A stretch of 64,000 nt of DNA. Source: an uncultured Verrucomicrobiae bacterium. Lineage in GTDB: Bacteria > Verrucomicrobiota > Verrucomicrobiia > Limisphaerales > JAFGQR01. Location: the NCBI GenBank assembly GCA_963788655.1, contig CAWBHS010000026.1:54904-118903 (forward strand), given 5' to 3'. The notes beneath the pieces were generated by a model. It saw nothing but the letters and a program-made list of their open reading frames with translations, made no database searches and was not told the DNA's origin. The position numbers and the translations under genes are program-made. Shown piece after piece: positions 22,988 through 33,997 of the stretch (position 1 is its first letter; every line of letters begins with the position of its first letter).

Positions 22988-23932
22988 ATGAAAAAATCAG
23001 CGGTCGCAAACCAATCTACCACCGGAAAGAAAGCGTCCCGGAGTGCTCCTACACGAAAGATTCATCCGGTAGTTATCTATCCGTTTCGGCAAGCGGTGGA
23101 TTATTCGGACTTGGAGGGTCTGTATCAATTGATCGCCCGGTTGGATGCGGACCAAGGCCGATATGCGCGCCCCATCACGGTCATGGATCGGAAGACCCAT
23201 TTCTCCGTGGAAGGTTCCCAAGCTTTCCGGAGATTTCGCGAGCAAACCGTGTCCAAGCACTCGGATATTCTGGATGCTTGGTGTGTGGATACATGTCAAA
23301 TGTGGTACACCGGATTGGGTCAGGCGTTTGAGCAAGGCGAGTCCGACGATGTGTATTGGCTGATTCCGGGAGATTTCAATTACGGCACAGCCGTGGGGCA
23401 GGAGGTTTTGGGCCGCTTGCACGACCTGCCGGAGATTATCGGCGAACTCGACCAGGACTTGTGCATCGGTGAGATTGCCACGGACCACAACAATTCCAAA
23501 CAACTGATGGATACCTACGGCACCTTTGCGTTGCTGTACAACTGGTTTCCCGCGGAAGCTCAGGAAATTCGACAAATGACCGAACGCCCGCGTTCTGAAT
23601 TCTTCGCCATTCGCCACGGTTTCTTGCGGGAATTACTGCTCCAACGCTGGTATGCCTACGAACAGACGGTGGTCATCTTGTTGAAAGCCGTGTTCACCCG
23701 CAAACGAATCAGCCGCTTTTTCGTGGGAAATGTAACCGACCTGCCCGAAGGTCGCGAGTCCCTGGCCTCGGCCCTGCAACAGGTGGAACGGACGGAACGC
23801 GTACTGAAATCAGTGTGGCGGGAACGCCATCAACCCAAGCCGAATTGGTTCCAACAATACGGGCTCTTGGAGAAGCAATCCGAGCGGGTCCGCCGAACCG
23901 CACAGATCATTTTGCAGAATCTTTTGGGATGA
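22988..23932 (+). CDS. Hypothetical protein, possibly a remote GT-A fold
   Basis: Long ORF with natural composition; VVIYP, ITVMD and WLIPGD elements reminiscent of GT-A enzymes. Confidence 0.6.
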   Translation: MKKSAVANQSTTGKKASRSAPTRKIHPVVIYPFRQAVDYSDLEGLYQLIARLDADQGRYARPITVMDRKTHFSVEGSQAFRRFREQTVSKHSDILDAWCVDTCQMWYTGLGQAFEQGESDDVYWLIPGDFNYGTAVGQEVLGRLHDLPEIIGELDQDLCIGEIATDHNNSKQLMDTYGTFALLYNWFPAEAQEIRQMTERPRSEFFAIRHGFLRELLLQRWYAYEQTVVILLKAVFTRKRISRFFVGNVTDLPEGRESLASALQQVERTERVLKSVWRERHQPKPNWFQQYGLLEKQSERVRRTAQIILQNLLG

Positions 23933-24018
23933 ACGGGTGGTCTATTCTCGCGTTTTGGCCGGCTTTGGTTATGTTCCTGGCTGAACTTTTGGGACGAATT
24001 ATTTGAGATCGATTTGAC

Positions 24019-24336
24019 ATGCCACATCGGAACTTACCGCCCTTTGGACCGTTAAAGCGCCCGACGCCGAAGAAGACCTTGCGGGCAGTTAATTTTATTT
24101 GCAACGCCCCGCAGGCCCGGGCCGTCAGCTTGGTGGGCGACTTCAATGATTGGAATCCGGCGACGCATGCTCTGAAACAAATGCCGGACGGCGCGTGGTT
24201 GTTAACGGTGGAACTGCCGCACGGCCATCACCGGTATGCCTTTATGGTGGACGGGAACTTGACCTTGGACCCGCGCGCGCAGGGCATCACCCGCAACGAC
24301 CAGGGCGAGCGGGTATCGCTCGTCCCCGTCAGTTGA
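24019..24336 (+). CDS. CBM48 / isoamylase early-set glycogen-binding protein
   Basis: APQARAVSLVGDFNDW...GAW...LPHGHHRYAFMVDG...DP. Confidence 0.9.
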   Translation: MPHRNLPPFGPLKRPTPKKTLRAVNFICNAPQARAVSLVGDFNDWNPATHALKQMPDGAWLLTVELPHGHHRYAFMVDGNLTLDPRAQGITRNDQGERVSLVPVS

Positions 24337-24452
24337 CCACGCCCGGACGTCACTCGCCATTTGACACCCCGCGGCCTGCTCCCTATAAAGACGGGCGTGC
24401 GGACTCTCTAATCGTCAACAATCAAAAGACTGAAATACAGGAAGAAAACATT

Positions 24453-24932
24453 ATGGCAATATCAGTTGGCACAAAGGCGCCGGATTTTTCGTTGAAATCC
24501 AAACAATCCTCCGGTCTGGTGGACGTCAAACTAAGCGGGAATTTTGGCCAGAAGAATACGGTGCTGCTCTTTTTCCCGTTGGCCTTCACGGGCACCTGCA
24601 CCCAGGAGATGTGCGACATCACCGCCGGCCTAAACTCCTACCAGAAACTGAACGCCGAAGTGATCGGTGTCAGCGTGGACAGTCCGTTCGCCCAAGAAGC
24701 TTGGGCGCAGAAGGAGAAGATCGGCATTACCCTGGCCAGCGATCTCAACAAGAAGATCGCCGAAGCCTACGGCACCTTGTTGCCAGATTTGTTAGGGATG
24801 GGTGCGGTTAGCGCCCGGGCGGCCTTTGTGATCGACAAGCAAGGGGTGGTGCAATACAGCGAACAAACGCCGACGCCCAAGGACTTGCCCAATTTCGAGG
24901 CGATCCAGGAAACACTCGCCAAGCTGGCCTGA
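24453..24932 (+). CDS. Peroxiredoxin (AhpC/TSA, AhpE-like)
   Basis: VGTKAPDFSL, FFPLAFTGTCTQEMC, GVSVDS, RAAFVID. Confidence 0.92.
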   Translation: MAISVGTKAPDFSLKSKQSSGLVDVKLSGNFGQKNTVLLFFPLAFTGTCTQEMCDITAGLNSYQKLNAEVIGVSVDSPFAQEAWAQKEKIGITLASDLNKKIAEAYGTLLPDLLGMGAVSARAAFVIDKQGVVQYSEQTPTPKDLPNFEAIQETLAKLA

Positions 24933-25408
24933 CGCACACGATTGGCCCCGATTCACCTGGACGCGGGCCATTCTGGCAGGGACGCTGTTTGGACGGGTTC
25001 GTTCGAGATAGGCGACTAGCGTGATTGCCGGTCCGTTACTGCTCAACGTTGGGTGAGCGTTTGCGGTCTGGGGAGCGCGCGTTTGATTTGTTTTCTCAGA
25101 GCACACGGCATGCAGAGGACACTGGCGCGAATGCCCTCCAGACAATACGAAACTGGACACCGCGAATGCGTGGTCACAGGCGAACGAGGACGAACTTGCC
25201 CATTAGAAGATCAGGTGGGGTGAAAATTGCCGCGCAGGATTTGCCGAGGTTGTGCCGCGACCCGTTCAGGAAACCCCGGCTTTGCTTCCAGCGCCGGTTT
25301 CGATTCTGGAATTGATATTGCTGCGTAGCGTGTCAGTTAATTTTCTGCTGTGGTCCTAAACAAAGACTTGGTCTGTCGAACCGTCAATGATTACGTTGGC
25401 GGTAAGTA

Positions 25409-27806
25409 ATGCCTTTTGTCGGTATGCCCAATGTTGCGCGAATACAATCATTGCCGGACGCTGAGCCGCCGCGGCCCGACCCCCCGGCGAGCCATGCAAC
25501 CGAACCTCGGTTGACGGTCGAGTTGCCAGGGGTTGCGTCGGGTGGTTCCGCCTCGGCGACCGCAATCAAGGTTCTCCTGGTGGAAGACATGGCCGAGGAC
25601 GCGGAGTTGATCGAACGCGAATTGAAACGGGCCGGCTTGCTCCTGACAACCTTGCGGGTCGAGACGCGCGAAGCATTCATGCGGAGCGTCAAGGACTTTG
25701 CGCCCGACCTGGTGCTGGCGGATTATAGCTTGCCCCAGTTCAGCGCGTTGGAGGCCCTGCGATTGCTCAAAGCCCAGCAGTCGGACATTCCGCTCATTTT
25801 GGTCACCGGCTCACACTCCGAAGAAGTCGCCGTCGAGTGCATGCGGGAAGGCGCTGAGGATTACATTCTGAAGTCCGCGCTGCGCTTCCTGCCGTCGGCC
25901 TTAAACCGGGCGTATCGGAAGACCCTTACCGAACGAGAACGCGCCGCGGCCGAAGCTGCCTCGCAGCGCAGCCAGGAACAATTCCGGTTGATTGCCGAAA
26001 ACACGCGCGACCTGATCTGGCTGATTGATCTGGACTACAATTTTCTCTACGTCAGCCGCTCCCATCAAACGGTTCTGGGACACGATCCGGATTGCTTGTT
26101 GAACCAACCCTGCCTGCCATACATCCATCCGGAGGATGTGCGGCTCCTCCAGGAAATCCTGGACGAAGCGCGCTTCTTCCGGACCAGCCGGCAAGCCGAA
26201 TTGCGTCTCAAGAACCAGCAGGGCAACTGGCAGGTGTTTGAGTCGGTGGCCAATTACATCTTTGAAGCCGGGGGCCGGCCGCAACGCGCCCTCATTGTTT
26301 CCCGCGATCTCAGCGAACGCAAACGCGCGGAAATGCAGATTCGCAAACTGGCGGCCTTTCCGCGGTACAATCCCAATCTCGTGCTGGAATTTGCGGCGGA
26401 TGGTTCGCTCACGTACTTCAATGACGCCGCCTTGGAAATGGCGCGTTCATTCAAGAAGCATCATCCCCAGGCCCTGCTGCCGCTCAACGCCTCGACCACG
26501 GTCCGGATGTGCCTGGCCACCGGCCAAAGCAAACTGCGGGTGGAAAACCTCGTGGCGGGACGAACCTTGTCGTGGTCGTTTTTCCCGATCTTAAGCAGCC
26601 AAGTGGTACACTGCTACGCCGAAGATGTCACCGAACGATTGCACCTCGAGAGCCAACTGCGGCAAATCCAGAAGATGGAATCGGTCGGCCAGTTGGCCGC
26701 CGGGGTGGCGCATGATTTCAACAACATCCTCACGATTATTCAGGGCCATTCCGGCTTGCTGCAGGCCGATCCCCGCATGCAACTCGAAGGCCAGGAATCG
26801 GCCCGTCAGATTTCCATCGCGGCCGAACGGGCGGCCAACTTGACGCGCCAGTTGCTGATGTTCAGTCGCAAACAAGTCATCCAGCCGCACTTGCTGGACT
26901 TGAACGATGTGATCAACAACGTCTCAAAGATGTTGCGGACCTTGTTGGGTGAACCGGTGAAGTTGTGCCGGGATTTGCACACCCGCCTGCCCGCCATCTA
27001 CGCCGATCCCGGCATGATTGAGCAGGTGCTGGTGAATCTGGCGGTGAACGCGCGCGACGCCATGCCGCGCGGCGGGACCTTAACCATCACCACCGATACC
27101 GTGACGATTTCGGAAGCGCATGCCCAGGCCCATTCGGAATCCCGGCCAGGATCGTTCGTGTGCCTGGGAGTGACCGACACGGGCAGCGGCATGGATGCCG
27201 GCACGTTGGGGCGGGTGTTCGAGCCATTCTTCACCACCAAGGAAGTCGGCAAGGGCACTGGATTGGGATTGGCCACCGTTTACGGCATTGTCAAACAACA
27301 TCAAGGTTGGATCGAAGCCGACAGCGAAGTCGGCCGCGGCACCACCTTCAAGGTCTTTCTGCCGATCCAATCCAAAGCACCATTCCAAGCCAAAGACCCG
27401 GCCCAAAATCGGACTCCTGGCGGCCAGGAAACGGTCTTGGTCGTCGAAGACGAACCGGCCTTGCGGGAGCTTGTGAAGGAGATCCTGGAGAAGAAAGGCT
27501 ACACTATCTTGGAAGCCGATAATGGCGTGCAGGCCCTGGAGATTTGGGAAACGCAACAGCACACCATTGACCTGTTGCTGACCGACATGATGATGCCGCA
27601 AGGCATTTCGGCGGGATCTGGCGGAAAAGTTGTTGACGGAGAAAGCACAACTCAAAGTCATTTACACCAGCGGTTACAGCTTGGAAGTTATCAGTCCTGA
27701 TTGCGTAATCAAAGATGGGTTGAATTTCCTGCAAAAACCGTATCACCCGGAGACCCTGGCGCAAACAGTGCGCAACTGTCTGGATGCACCGCCGGCTTCA
27801 TCCTGA
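25409..27806 (+). CDS. Hybrid sensor kinase REC-PAS-PAS-HisKA-HATPase-REC (CckA-like); frameshift near 27610
   Basis: [39 protein letters not shown]; final REC continues in another frame RDLAEKL..IYTSGYS..FLQKPY to TGA at 27804-27806. Confidence 0.9.
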
Positions 27807-27913
27807 AGCAACCCCGAGCCGAATAATCGCAATGCTCCGGTCGTTTGATCGGCGTTAGCTTTTGGGTGTAGCTTGCGTTGCCGGAACGCCGACCTTACAA
27901 TTTCCTCAACGAA

Positions 27914-27990
27914 GCGCCCGTAGCTCAGTCGGATAGAGCATCTGCCTTCTAAGCAGAGGGTCGCTGGTTCGAGTCCAGCCGGGCGTGCCA
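27914..27990 (+). tRNA. tRNA-Arg(TCT)
   Basis: GCGCCCG/CGGGCGT acceptor stem, anticodon arm TCTGC-CTTCTAA-GCAGA, GGTTCGAGTCC, CCA. Confidence 0.96.
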
Positions 27991-28229
27991 GTTTTTCTTG
28001 GGAAAAACTCACTTTTGCCCCGTTTGGTGGGAAAGGGAGGCGGGGTGCAAACCAAGCGTTTCTTGAGGAGACGGATGACCGGACCATTGACGACTTGGAA
28101 ACGTTCCAGCGAGATCAAAGATGTTCCACGGACTATACGCGCGGGCAATAAGCGTTGAAGAACATCGGGGATTGAGAAGCCCATTTCCGGATTTGCTTTG
28201 CGGTCCCGTTTGGCGGTAAAAGTTCCGCC

Positions 28230-29756
28230 ATGCTTTCGAAGGTTTGTTCAGCAGCGGTGAATGGGATCGAGGCTTACCCGCTTGAGGTGGAAGTCAACGC
28301 GGGCTGGGGGGATACGGTCGTCGTGATCGTTGGCCTGCCGGATGCCGCCGTCAAGGAGTCGCGTGACCGCGTGAGCACCGCGATCACCAACTCCGGCTTC
28401 AGATTCCCGATGGGCCGCACTACCATTAACCTCGCGCCGGCTGACGTGAAGAAAGAAGGGCCCAGCTTCGACTTGCCCATTGCGCTGGGCATGCTGGCCG
28501 CTAGCGAACAAATGGAGACCGACCAGTTGGACAATTTCGTCATCGTGGGCGAATTGGCGTTAACCGGCGCGGTGCGTCCGGTCAAAGGTGTTTTGCCCAT
28601 CGCGCTCCAGGCGCAAAAGGAAGGCAAGACCGGCGTGCTGGTGCCCGCCGACAACGCGCCCGAAGCCGCAGTGGTGAGGGGCTTGACGGTCATTCCCATT
28701 CAAAACCTGCGGGAAGCCGCCAGCTTCCTCGAAGGCGAAATCAAGATCACGCCCACCAAAGTTGATATCACGAAGATCTTCGAACTGGCCGCGGATGGCG
28801 AATTGGACTTCGCCGACGTGAAGGGCCAGGAATCGGTCAAACGCGCGCTCGAAATTGCGGCGGGCGGCGGACACAACGCGCTGCTGGTCGGGCCCCCGGG
28901 CACGGGGAAGTCGATGCTGGCCAAGAGGCTGCCGACGATCCTGCCGCCGCTCACGCTGGTTGAAGCTCTGGAAACCACCAAGATTCACAGCATTGCCGGA
29001 TTGCTTCAGCCTGGCCAGGCGCTCGTGACGCAACGGCCTTATCGCAGTCCCCATAACACCGCCAGCGACGCTGGATTGTTGGGCGGCAACGTGAATCCTA
29101 CGCCGGGCGAAATTTCACTCGCCCACAACGGCGTGTTGTTCCTCGATGAGTTGCCGGAATTCAAACGCAGCGTCCTTGAGACGCTTCGCCAGCCATTGGA
29201 AGACGGTCGGGTCACCATCTCGCGGGCCGCCGGTTCGATGACCTTTCCCGCGCGGTTCATGCTGGTGGCGGCGATGAATCCGGCGCCCGACGGCAAGATG
29301 CCGCATGAGTCCCGCTGCTCGCCGCGCGAAATCCAGAATTACCTGGGGCGTATCTCCGGGCCGTTGCTGGACCGGATCGATCTGCACGTGGAAGTGCCGG
29401 CGGTCAAGTTCCAGGAAATGACCGGCGAACGGTCCGGCGAAAGCTCGGCCGAAATCCGCGCGCGCGTCATTGCGGCGCGCGAACGGCAGCAAGCCCGGTT
29501 CAAAGCCCGGCCGCACATCATCTGCAACGCGCACATGGGCACGCGCGAGATCAAACAGTTCTGCGCGCTAAACGAAACCACCATGGAACTGCTCAAGATG
29601 GCAATGGCCGAAACGAATCTCAGCGCCCGCGCTTACGACCGGATTCTGAAAGTGGCGCGGACCATCGCCGACCTCGACGGCAGCGAACGCCTCACGTCCG
29701 ACCATGTTTCCGAAGCGATCCAGTATCGCTCACTGGATCGGCAATTATGGGGCTGA
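28230..29756 (+). CDS. comM: ComM/YifB Mg-chelatase-like AAA+ ATPase
   Basis: [70 protein letters not shown]. Confidence 0.95.
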   Translation: MLSKVCSAAVNGIEAYPLEVEVNAGWGDTVVVIVGLPDAAVKESRDRVSTAITNSGFRFPMGRTTINLAPADVKKEGPSFDLPIALGMLAASEQMETDQLDNFVIVGELALTGAVRPVKGVLPIALQAQKEGKTGVLVPADNAPEAAVVRGLTVIPIQNLREAASFLEGEIKITPTKVDITKIFELAADGELDFADVKGQESVKRALEIAAGGGHNALLVGPPGTGKSMLAKRLPTILPPLTLVEALETTKIHSIAGLLQPGQALVTQRPYRSPHNTASDAGLLGGNVNPTPGEISLAHNGVLFLDELPEFKRSVLETLRQPLEDGRVTISRAAGSMTFPARFMLVAAMNPAPDGKMPHESRCSPREIQNYLGRISGPLLDRIDLHVEVPAVKFQEMTGERSGESSAEIRARVIAARERQQARFKARPHIICNAHMGTREIKQFCALNETTMELLKMAMAETNLSARAYDRILKVARTIADLDGSERLTSDHVSEAIQYRSLDRQLWG

Positions 29757-29812
29757 GGTATTTCTGTTCCCTCACCGGGATATTGTGCATTGAGCTTAAA
29801 ACGCCGACAGCC

Positions 29813-29884
29813 TGTAGCCGCCGACGTGAGGAGGCGGAGCACAATCAGCTACGACGGGGCCGCCTCCGCACGTCGGCGGCTACA
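29813..29884. repeat. GTAG-family REPIN hairpin
   Basis: TGTAGCCGCCGACGTGAGGAGGCGG...CCGCCTCCGCACGTCGGCGGCTACA. Confidence 0.8.
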
Positions 29885-30060
29885 GCGCGGGTGAAATGTT
29901 TGGGCTAATGCTCGATGCCCATCGCCGCTTCACCGACCTGGTTGTCTGGTAATGAAATAAAACAGTTCCAAGTGGTGGATGTTCGCGATTGATTTAACCA
30001 ATGCCCGTTCTGATTTTATCGATTCATGGCTGACGGTCGGAATCTGCTAAAGTTGGCCGC

Positions 30061-30288
30061 ATGAAACAGACATCATTTTCTTATGTGGCGCTCCGCGTCG
30101 TGCTTGCATTGTTCACACTCTTGATGCTGACATTTTGCGGATTTGGTTTCCTGGCCACTTTCGAGCCGCTGCCGGAGGCGCAGCAGTGGTTGTGGCGGAC
30201 GATTTATGGCGTCGTGGGGCTCGGTTGTGTCTGTGCGCTGGCCAGGCTGGTGGCGAGTTGGAGCCGGAACTCGAAGGCCCAGGAATGA
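30061..30288 (+). CDS. Small two-TM membrane protein
   Basis: 75-aa ORF with two hydrophobic helices flanking FCGFGFLATFEP. Confidence 0.65.
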   Translation: MKQTSFSYVALRVVLALFTLLMLTFCGFGFLATFEPLPEAQQWLWRTIYGVVGLGCVCALARLVASWSRNSKAQE

Positions 30289-30358
30289 TTGGCAACGACC
30301 GCGCGGCCAAGTGGGAAGAGTGGATAGTAACCGCCTGCTGCGCGGGATTGTGCCGTCC

Positions 30359-30532
30359 GTATCTATTCAGTGGCTAGACCAGAGACGAGACGATTCGGCA
30401 CGGTAGGACACCGGTTTCGAATATCCCAAGGCTTTCTTCACCTTCTGGTGACCTTGAGAAATTGTGGGCGACGTAACGCAACTCCTCGGTTTACTTCCGT
30501 TCGGGACAGGCGAGACGCCTGTCCTACTGATT
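30359..30532. repeat. ~175-bp MITE/REPIN-like element, copy 1 (GTAGGACAGG family)
   Basis: Reverse-complement homologous along its length to 38249-38430 (GTATC(T/A)ATTCAGTGGCT end, CAAGGC..CACC..TGGTGAC middle, GGGACAGGCGAGACGCCTGTCCTACTGA end). Confidence 0.8.
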
Positions 30533-30708
30533 TGTTCCGGCCAAGCATGGTTTTTCTCTTCCAGAACGGCCGGCTCAAACAACTCATTTGCCCAAGATGG
30601 GCTATTGCATCGGCGTCCGCCCTTCGGGTAAAGTTCCCCTCAATCGTGAAACAGCAGGTCAGAAATATGGTCCGAATACGTGGTTAGTAACTGAAGCAAC
30701 CGGTCATC

Positions 30709-31338
30709 ATGACAATCACCGGCAGAGAAATTACGCTTGTTATTGCCAGCTACCTGCTGGGCTGTTTTACCACCGGCTATTATTGGGTGCGCTGGCGGAG
30801 TGGGCAGGACATTCGCCAATCGGGCAGCGGGAGCGTGGGCGCGCGCAATGTGGGCCGTACCCTGGGACCTTGGGGATTCGTGATCACCTTGCTCGGCGAC
30901 GCGGCCAAAGGCGCGCTGGCGGTGGGGATGGCGCTATACTTCGAAGTCAGCCAGGAAGCGCTGGTGGCCGCCATGGTGGCGGTGGTGGTGGGACACAACT
31001 GGCCGGCGCAACTGCGCTTCCGCGGCGGCAAAGGGGTAGCCACTTCATTGGGGGCGATTCTGGCTTATGATCCATTCCTCGGAGTGGTTTTGGGGCTCCT
31101 GTTTTTACCGGTGTTTGCCGTGCTGCGCAGTTTCACCTTGAGCGGCATGGTGGCGTTTGCCGTGTCGCCATTGGTGGTCTTCTTCTGCCACTTGGGCAAT
31201 GTGGAGGTGGCGGCGGTGTCGTTTGTGGCCATTGCGGTCTTGTTCGCTCATCGGCGTAACATCCGGGAGGAGATCGCCGGTCTGCACGCGGAACCTTCCG
31301 TAAAAGAACGGCGCGGCACGCACCACAAAGGGCGCTAG
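30709..31338 (+). CDS. plsY: PlsY-family acyltransferase
   Basis: YLLGC, DIRQSGSGSVGARNVGR, DAAKG, GHNWP..FRGGKGVATS, HRRNI; motifs slightly diverged, so likely a specialised paralog. Confidence 0.85.
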   Translation: MTITGREITLVIASYLLGCFTTGYYWVRWRSGQDIRQSGSGSVGARNVGRTLGPWGFVITLLGDAAKGALAVGMALYFEVSQEALVAAMVAVVVGHNWPAQLRFRGGKGVATSLGAILAYDPFLGVVLGLLFLPVFAVLRSFTLSGMVAFAVSPLVVFFCHLGNVEVAAVSFVAIAVLFAHRRNIREEIAGLHAEPSVKERRGTHHKGR

Positions 31339-32979
31339 ATGAAAGAGACGGAATCACTCCAATTTAAAATCGCGACCGAAGAATGGGAAATCGAAGCCAT
31401 TCATCGGCTCAACTACCAGACGTTCGTCGAGGAAATCCCGCAACACGAACGGAATCCCGAGGAACGGCTGGTGGACAAGTTCCACGCCGAAAACACGTAT
31501 GCAATTTGTCTGCACGGCGGGCAATTGGTCGGGATGGTGGCCGGGCGGAGCAACCGTCCGTTTTCACTCGACCAAAAGTTGCCGGACCTGGACCAGCATC
31601 TGCCTCCGGAGCGGCGGGTGATCGAAGTGCGTTTGTTGTCGGTCGAAAAGGCCTATCGCAATGGATTTGTTTTTTCGCGGTTGACGGGTTTGTTGGCGCA
31701 ACATTTCCGGTCGCTGGGATTTGATTTGGCGATCATTTCGGGCACGGTGCGCCAGTTGCGCTTGTACAAGCATTTGGGCTTCGTTCCCTTCGGACCGCTG
31801 GTGGGTCCGGCGGAGGCGCAATTCCAGCCGATGTATCTAACGCTGGAAACCTTTGCCCAAGTGGCCAAGTCGCTATCGCCGCCGTCGGCCGACACCGAGA
31901 AAATCATCTCCAATTATCTGCCTGGACCGGTGGACGTCCACGTTGAGGTGCGGAAAGCTTTCGAGCGCGGGCCGGTTTCGCACCGTTCGGACTCGTTTAT
32001 GGCGGATTTCCAAAACACCAAGAAGCGGCTGTGCGCGATGACCGGCGCGCGGCACGTGGAAATCCTGGTCGGCTCCGGCAGTCTGGCGAATGACGCGGTC
32101 TGCGCCCAACTGACGCTACTGAAGAAGCCCGGCCTGGTGTTGAGCAACGGTGAGTTTGGCGACCGATTGATCGATCATGCGACGCGGCAGGGGCTCGAGT
32201 TTGAAACGCTCCGAGTCGAATGGGGCGAGCCGTTCGACTATGCGGAAGTGCGCCGGCAGGTTGCCGGTCGCGCGAATCCCGGTTGGATGTGGGCGACCCA
32301 TTGCGAAACGTCCACCGGCATTTTAAACGATCTGGAGTTGCTGAAGCAGATCAGCCGCGAACACGACTGCAAGTTGTGCCTGGATTGTATCAGTGCCATT
32401 GGCACCGTGCCGTTGGATTTGCACGATATTTACCTGGCTTCATGCGTCAGTGGCAAAGCGCTGGCCTCCTATCCGGGCTTGTCGATGGTGTTCTACAATC
32501 ACGAATTAACTCCCGCCCCCCAGTCACTGCCGCGTTACCTCGACCTGGGATATTATGCCGCGCAGTCCGGCGTGCCGTTCACGCACTCTTCGAATTTAGT
32601 CTATGCCCTGCAAACCGCGTTGACCCGGATGGATTGGCCGGAAAAATACGCGCAGATCGCCGACGTGGCGGTTTGGCTGCGTGGCCGATTGCGGGAATTG
32701 GGCTTTCAGATTGTGGCGCCGGACGAGCATGCGTCGCCGGCGGTGGTCAGCATTGCGTTGCCGTTGGAAATCAGTTCCAAAGCGGTGGGTTGGCAATTGC
32801 GCAAGGAGGGTTATCTGCTCAGCTATAACAGCGAGTATTTGCGGAAGCGGAACTGGATCCAGGTCTGCCTGATGGGCGAATGGTCGCGCGACCCCCTCGA
32901 GGCGCTGCCGAACGTGATGGCCGAACTGTGCTCGCAGCGCCGGCTGCGAAAAGATAGCACCCAACTCCAGCCGGCGTAA
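31339..32979 (+). CDS. GNAT-type N-acyltransferase fused to class V PLP aminotransferase
   Basis: N-domain HRLNYQTFVEE..EVRLLSV..LYKHLGF; C-domain LPGPV, SHRS, NGEFGDRL, HCETSTG, DCIS, SGKAL (PLP Lys). Starts immediately after the plsY stop. Confidence 0.88.
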   Translation: MKETESLQFKIATEEWEIEAIHRLNYQTFVEEIPQHERNPEERLVDKFHAENTYAICLHGGQLVGMVAGRSNRPFSLDQKLPDLDQHLPPERRVIEVRLLSVEKAYRNGFVFSRLTGLLAQHFRSLGFDLAIISGTVRQLRLYKHLGFVPFGPLVGPAEAQFQPMYLTLETFAQVAKSLSPPSADTEKIISNYLPGPVDVHVEVRKAFERGPVSHRSDSFMADFQNTKKRLCAMTGARHVEILVGSGSLANDAVCAQLTLLKKPGLVLSNGEFGDRLIDHATRQGLEFETLRVEWGEPFDYAEVRRQVAGRANPGWMWATHCETSTGILNDLELLKQISREHDCKLCLDCISAIGTVPLDLHDIYLASCVSGKALASYPGLSMVFYNHELTPAPQSLPRYLDLGYYAAQSGVPFTHSSNLVYALQTALTRMDWPEKYAQIADVAVWLRGRLRELGFQIVAPDEHASPAVVSIALPLEISSKAVGWQLRKEGYLLSYNSEYLRKRNWIQVCLMGEWSRDPLEALPNVMAELCSQRRLRKDSTQLQPA

Positions 32980-33163
32980 CGTGCTGCCGGCATCTTGCCG
33001 GCAGTTGGCGGCGTTCGTGGCCCCAGACATACGCCCATCAGGATGCTTCGGTCTTCGCACGTCGCAACGTTCCAAACTTGCTGAGGACGCACTCCGCGGC
33101 TTTTTCTGGACGCCTGCCAATGTCGCGCCAGCGTTTGGAGTGCGTGGCGCTTGCTCCCGCTTT
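32980..33163. repeat. REP-like palindromes (GCCGGCAAGATGCCGGC family and GGAGTGCG family)
   Basis: CGTGCTGCCGGCATCTTGCCGGCAG matches 12598-12716; CGCGCCAGCGTTTGGAGTGCG..TTGCTCCCGCTTT is the reverse complement of 12397-12437. Confidence 0.7.
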
Positions 33164-33349
33164 CCCAACGCGTGCGTGCATCCGCCTTCTCTGACGGCCG
33201 GAAGCGGACGTCCGCTGGCGCGACTGATCGTCTGCCGGCATTGCGTCATTCTGAATGGTCCTGCAGTGTTGCGCTACCGGTCTTTGACCCTCGGAACGTG
33301 GTTCGCTCCGGCTTTGACCCCGCCATGTCGGGCTGTTACAAAGGGATTC

Positions 33350-33997
33350 ATGCGCAATACAGCCGCCACGATTCTCGTTTTCCTGAGCGGTTTTGCCATT
33401 ATGGTGCTCGAGATTATCGGGGCGCGGTTTTTGGCCAAAGATTTTGGGGGTTCGTTTTACGTGTGGGTCAGCCAGATTGGGGTGGTGCTGGCAGCCTTGG
33501 CGGCAGGGTATTACGCCGGTGGCGCCTTGGCGGATAGGTTTCAACGGCTGTCTGTTTTGGGGTGGCTGTTGATTCCCGCGGCGGTTATCACGTGGTTTAT
33601 CCCGGAGTTTTCCGGACGAATTGTCGAGGCCTTGATCATGCGACATCCCGTGGACCGGGCAATCCCGTTACTGTGGCAAAAGCTCGATCCGGCGATGGGC
33701 AGCGCGGCGGTTTTTGGGCTGCCGTGTTTCGTGTTGGCGATGTTGCCGCCGTTCATGATCCGGTTGGCAGCCCGGCACCTGGAGCGGGTGGGACAAACGA
33801 GTGGATTGATCTTTGCGGCCAGTACGGTGGGCAGCATCGTCGGGGTGTTTGTTTCCGGTTACGTATTGATTGAGGTGCTGACGGTGACGCACATTTTTCG
33901 AATAACTGGCGCGCTAACGGGGTTATTAGGGGTGAGTTGCCTGGCGGTGAGCCGGTGGTTTGGCGCCGAGCGCACCCAGGCCGAAGTTGAGTCATGA
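33350..33997 (+). CDS. Membrane domain of 'fused MFS/spermidine synthase' family (stand-alone)
   Basis: FLSGFAIMVLEIIGARFL..FG.S.YVW, G..FAASTVGSIVG motifs. Confidence 0.85.
   Translation: MRNTAATILVFLSGFAIMVLEIIGARFLAKDFGGSFYVWVSQIGVVLAALAAGYYAGGALADRFQRLSVLGWLLIPAAVITWFIPEFSGRIVEALIMRHPVDRAIPLLWQKLDPAMGSAAVFGLPCFVLAMLPPFMIRLAARHLERVGQTSGLIFAASTVGSIVGVFVSGYVLIEVLTVTHIFRITGALTGLLGVSCLAVSRWFGAERTQAEVES

Noticed and set aside
24933..25408. Long intergenic region upstream of the hybrid kinase as a possible ncRNA
   Set aside because: No recognisable RNA family or strong structure seen by eye.
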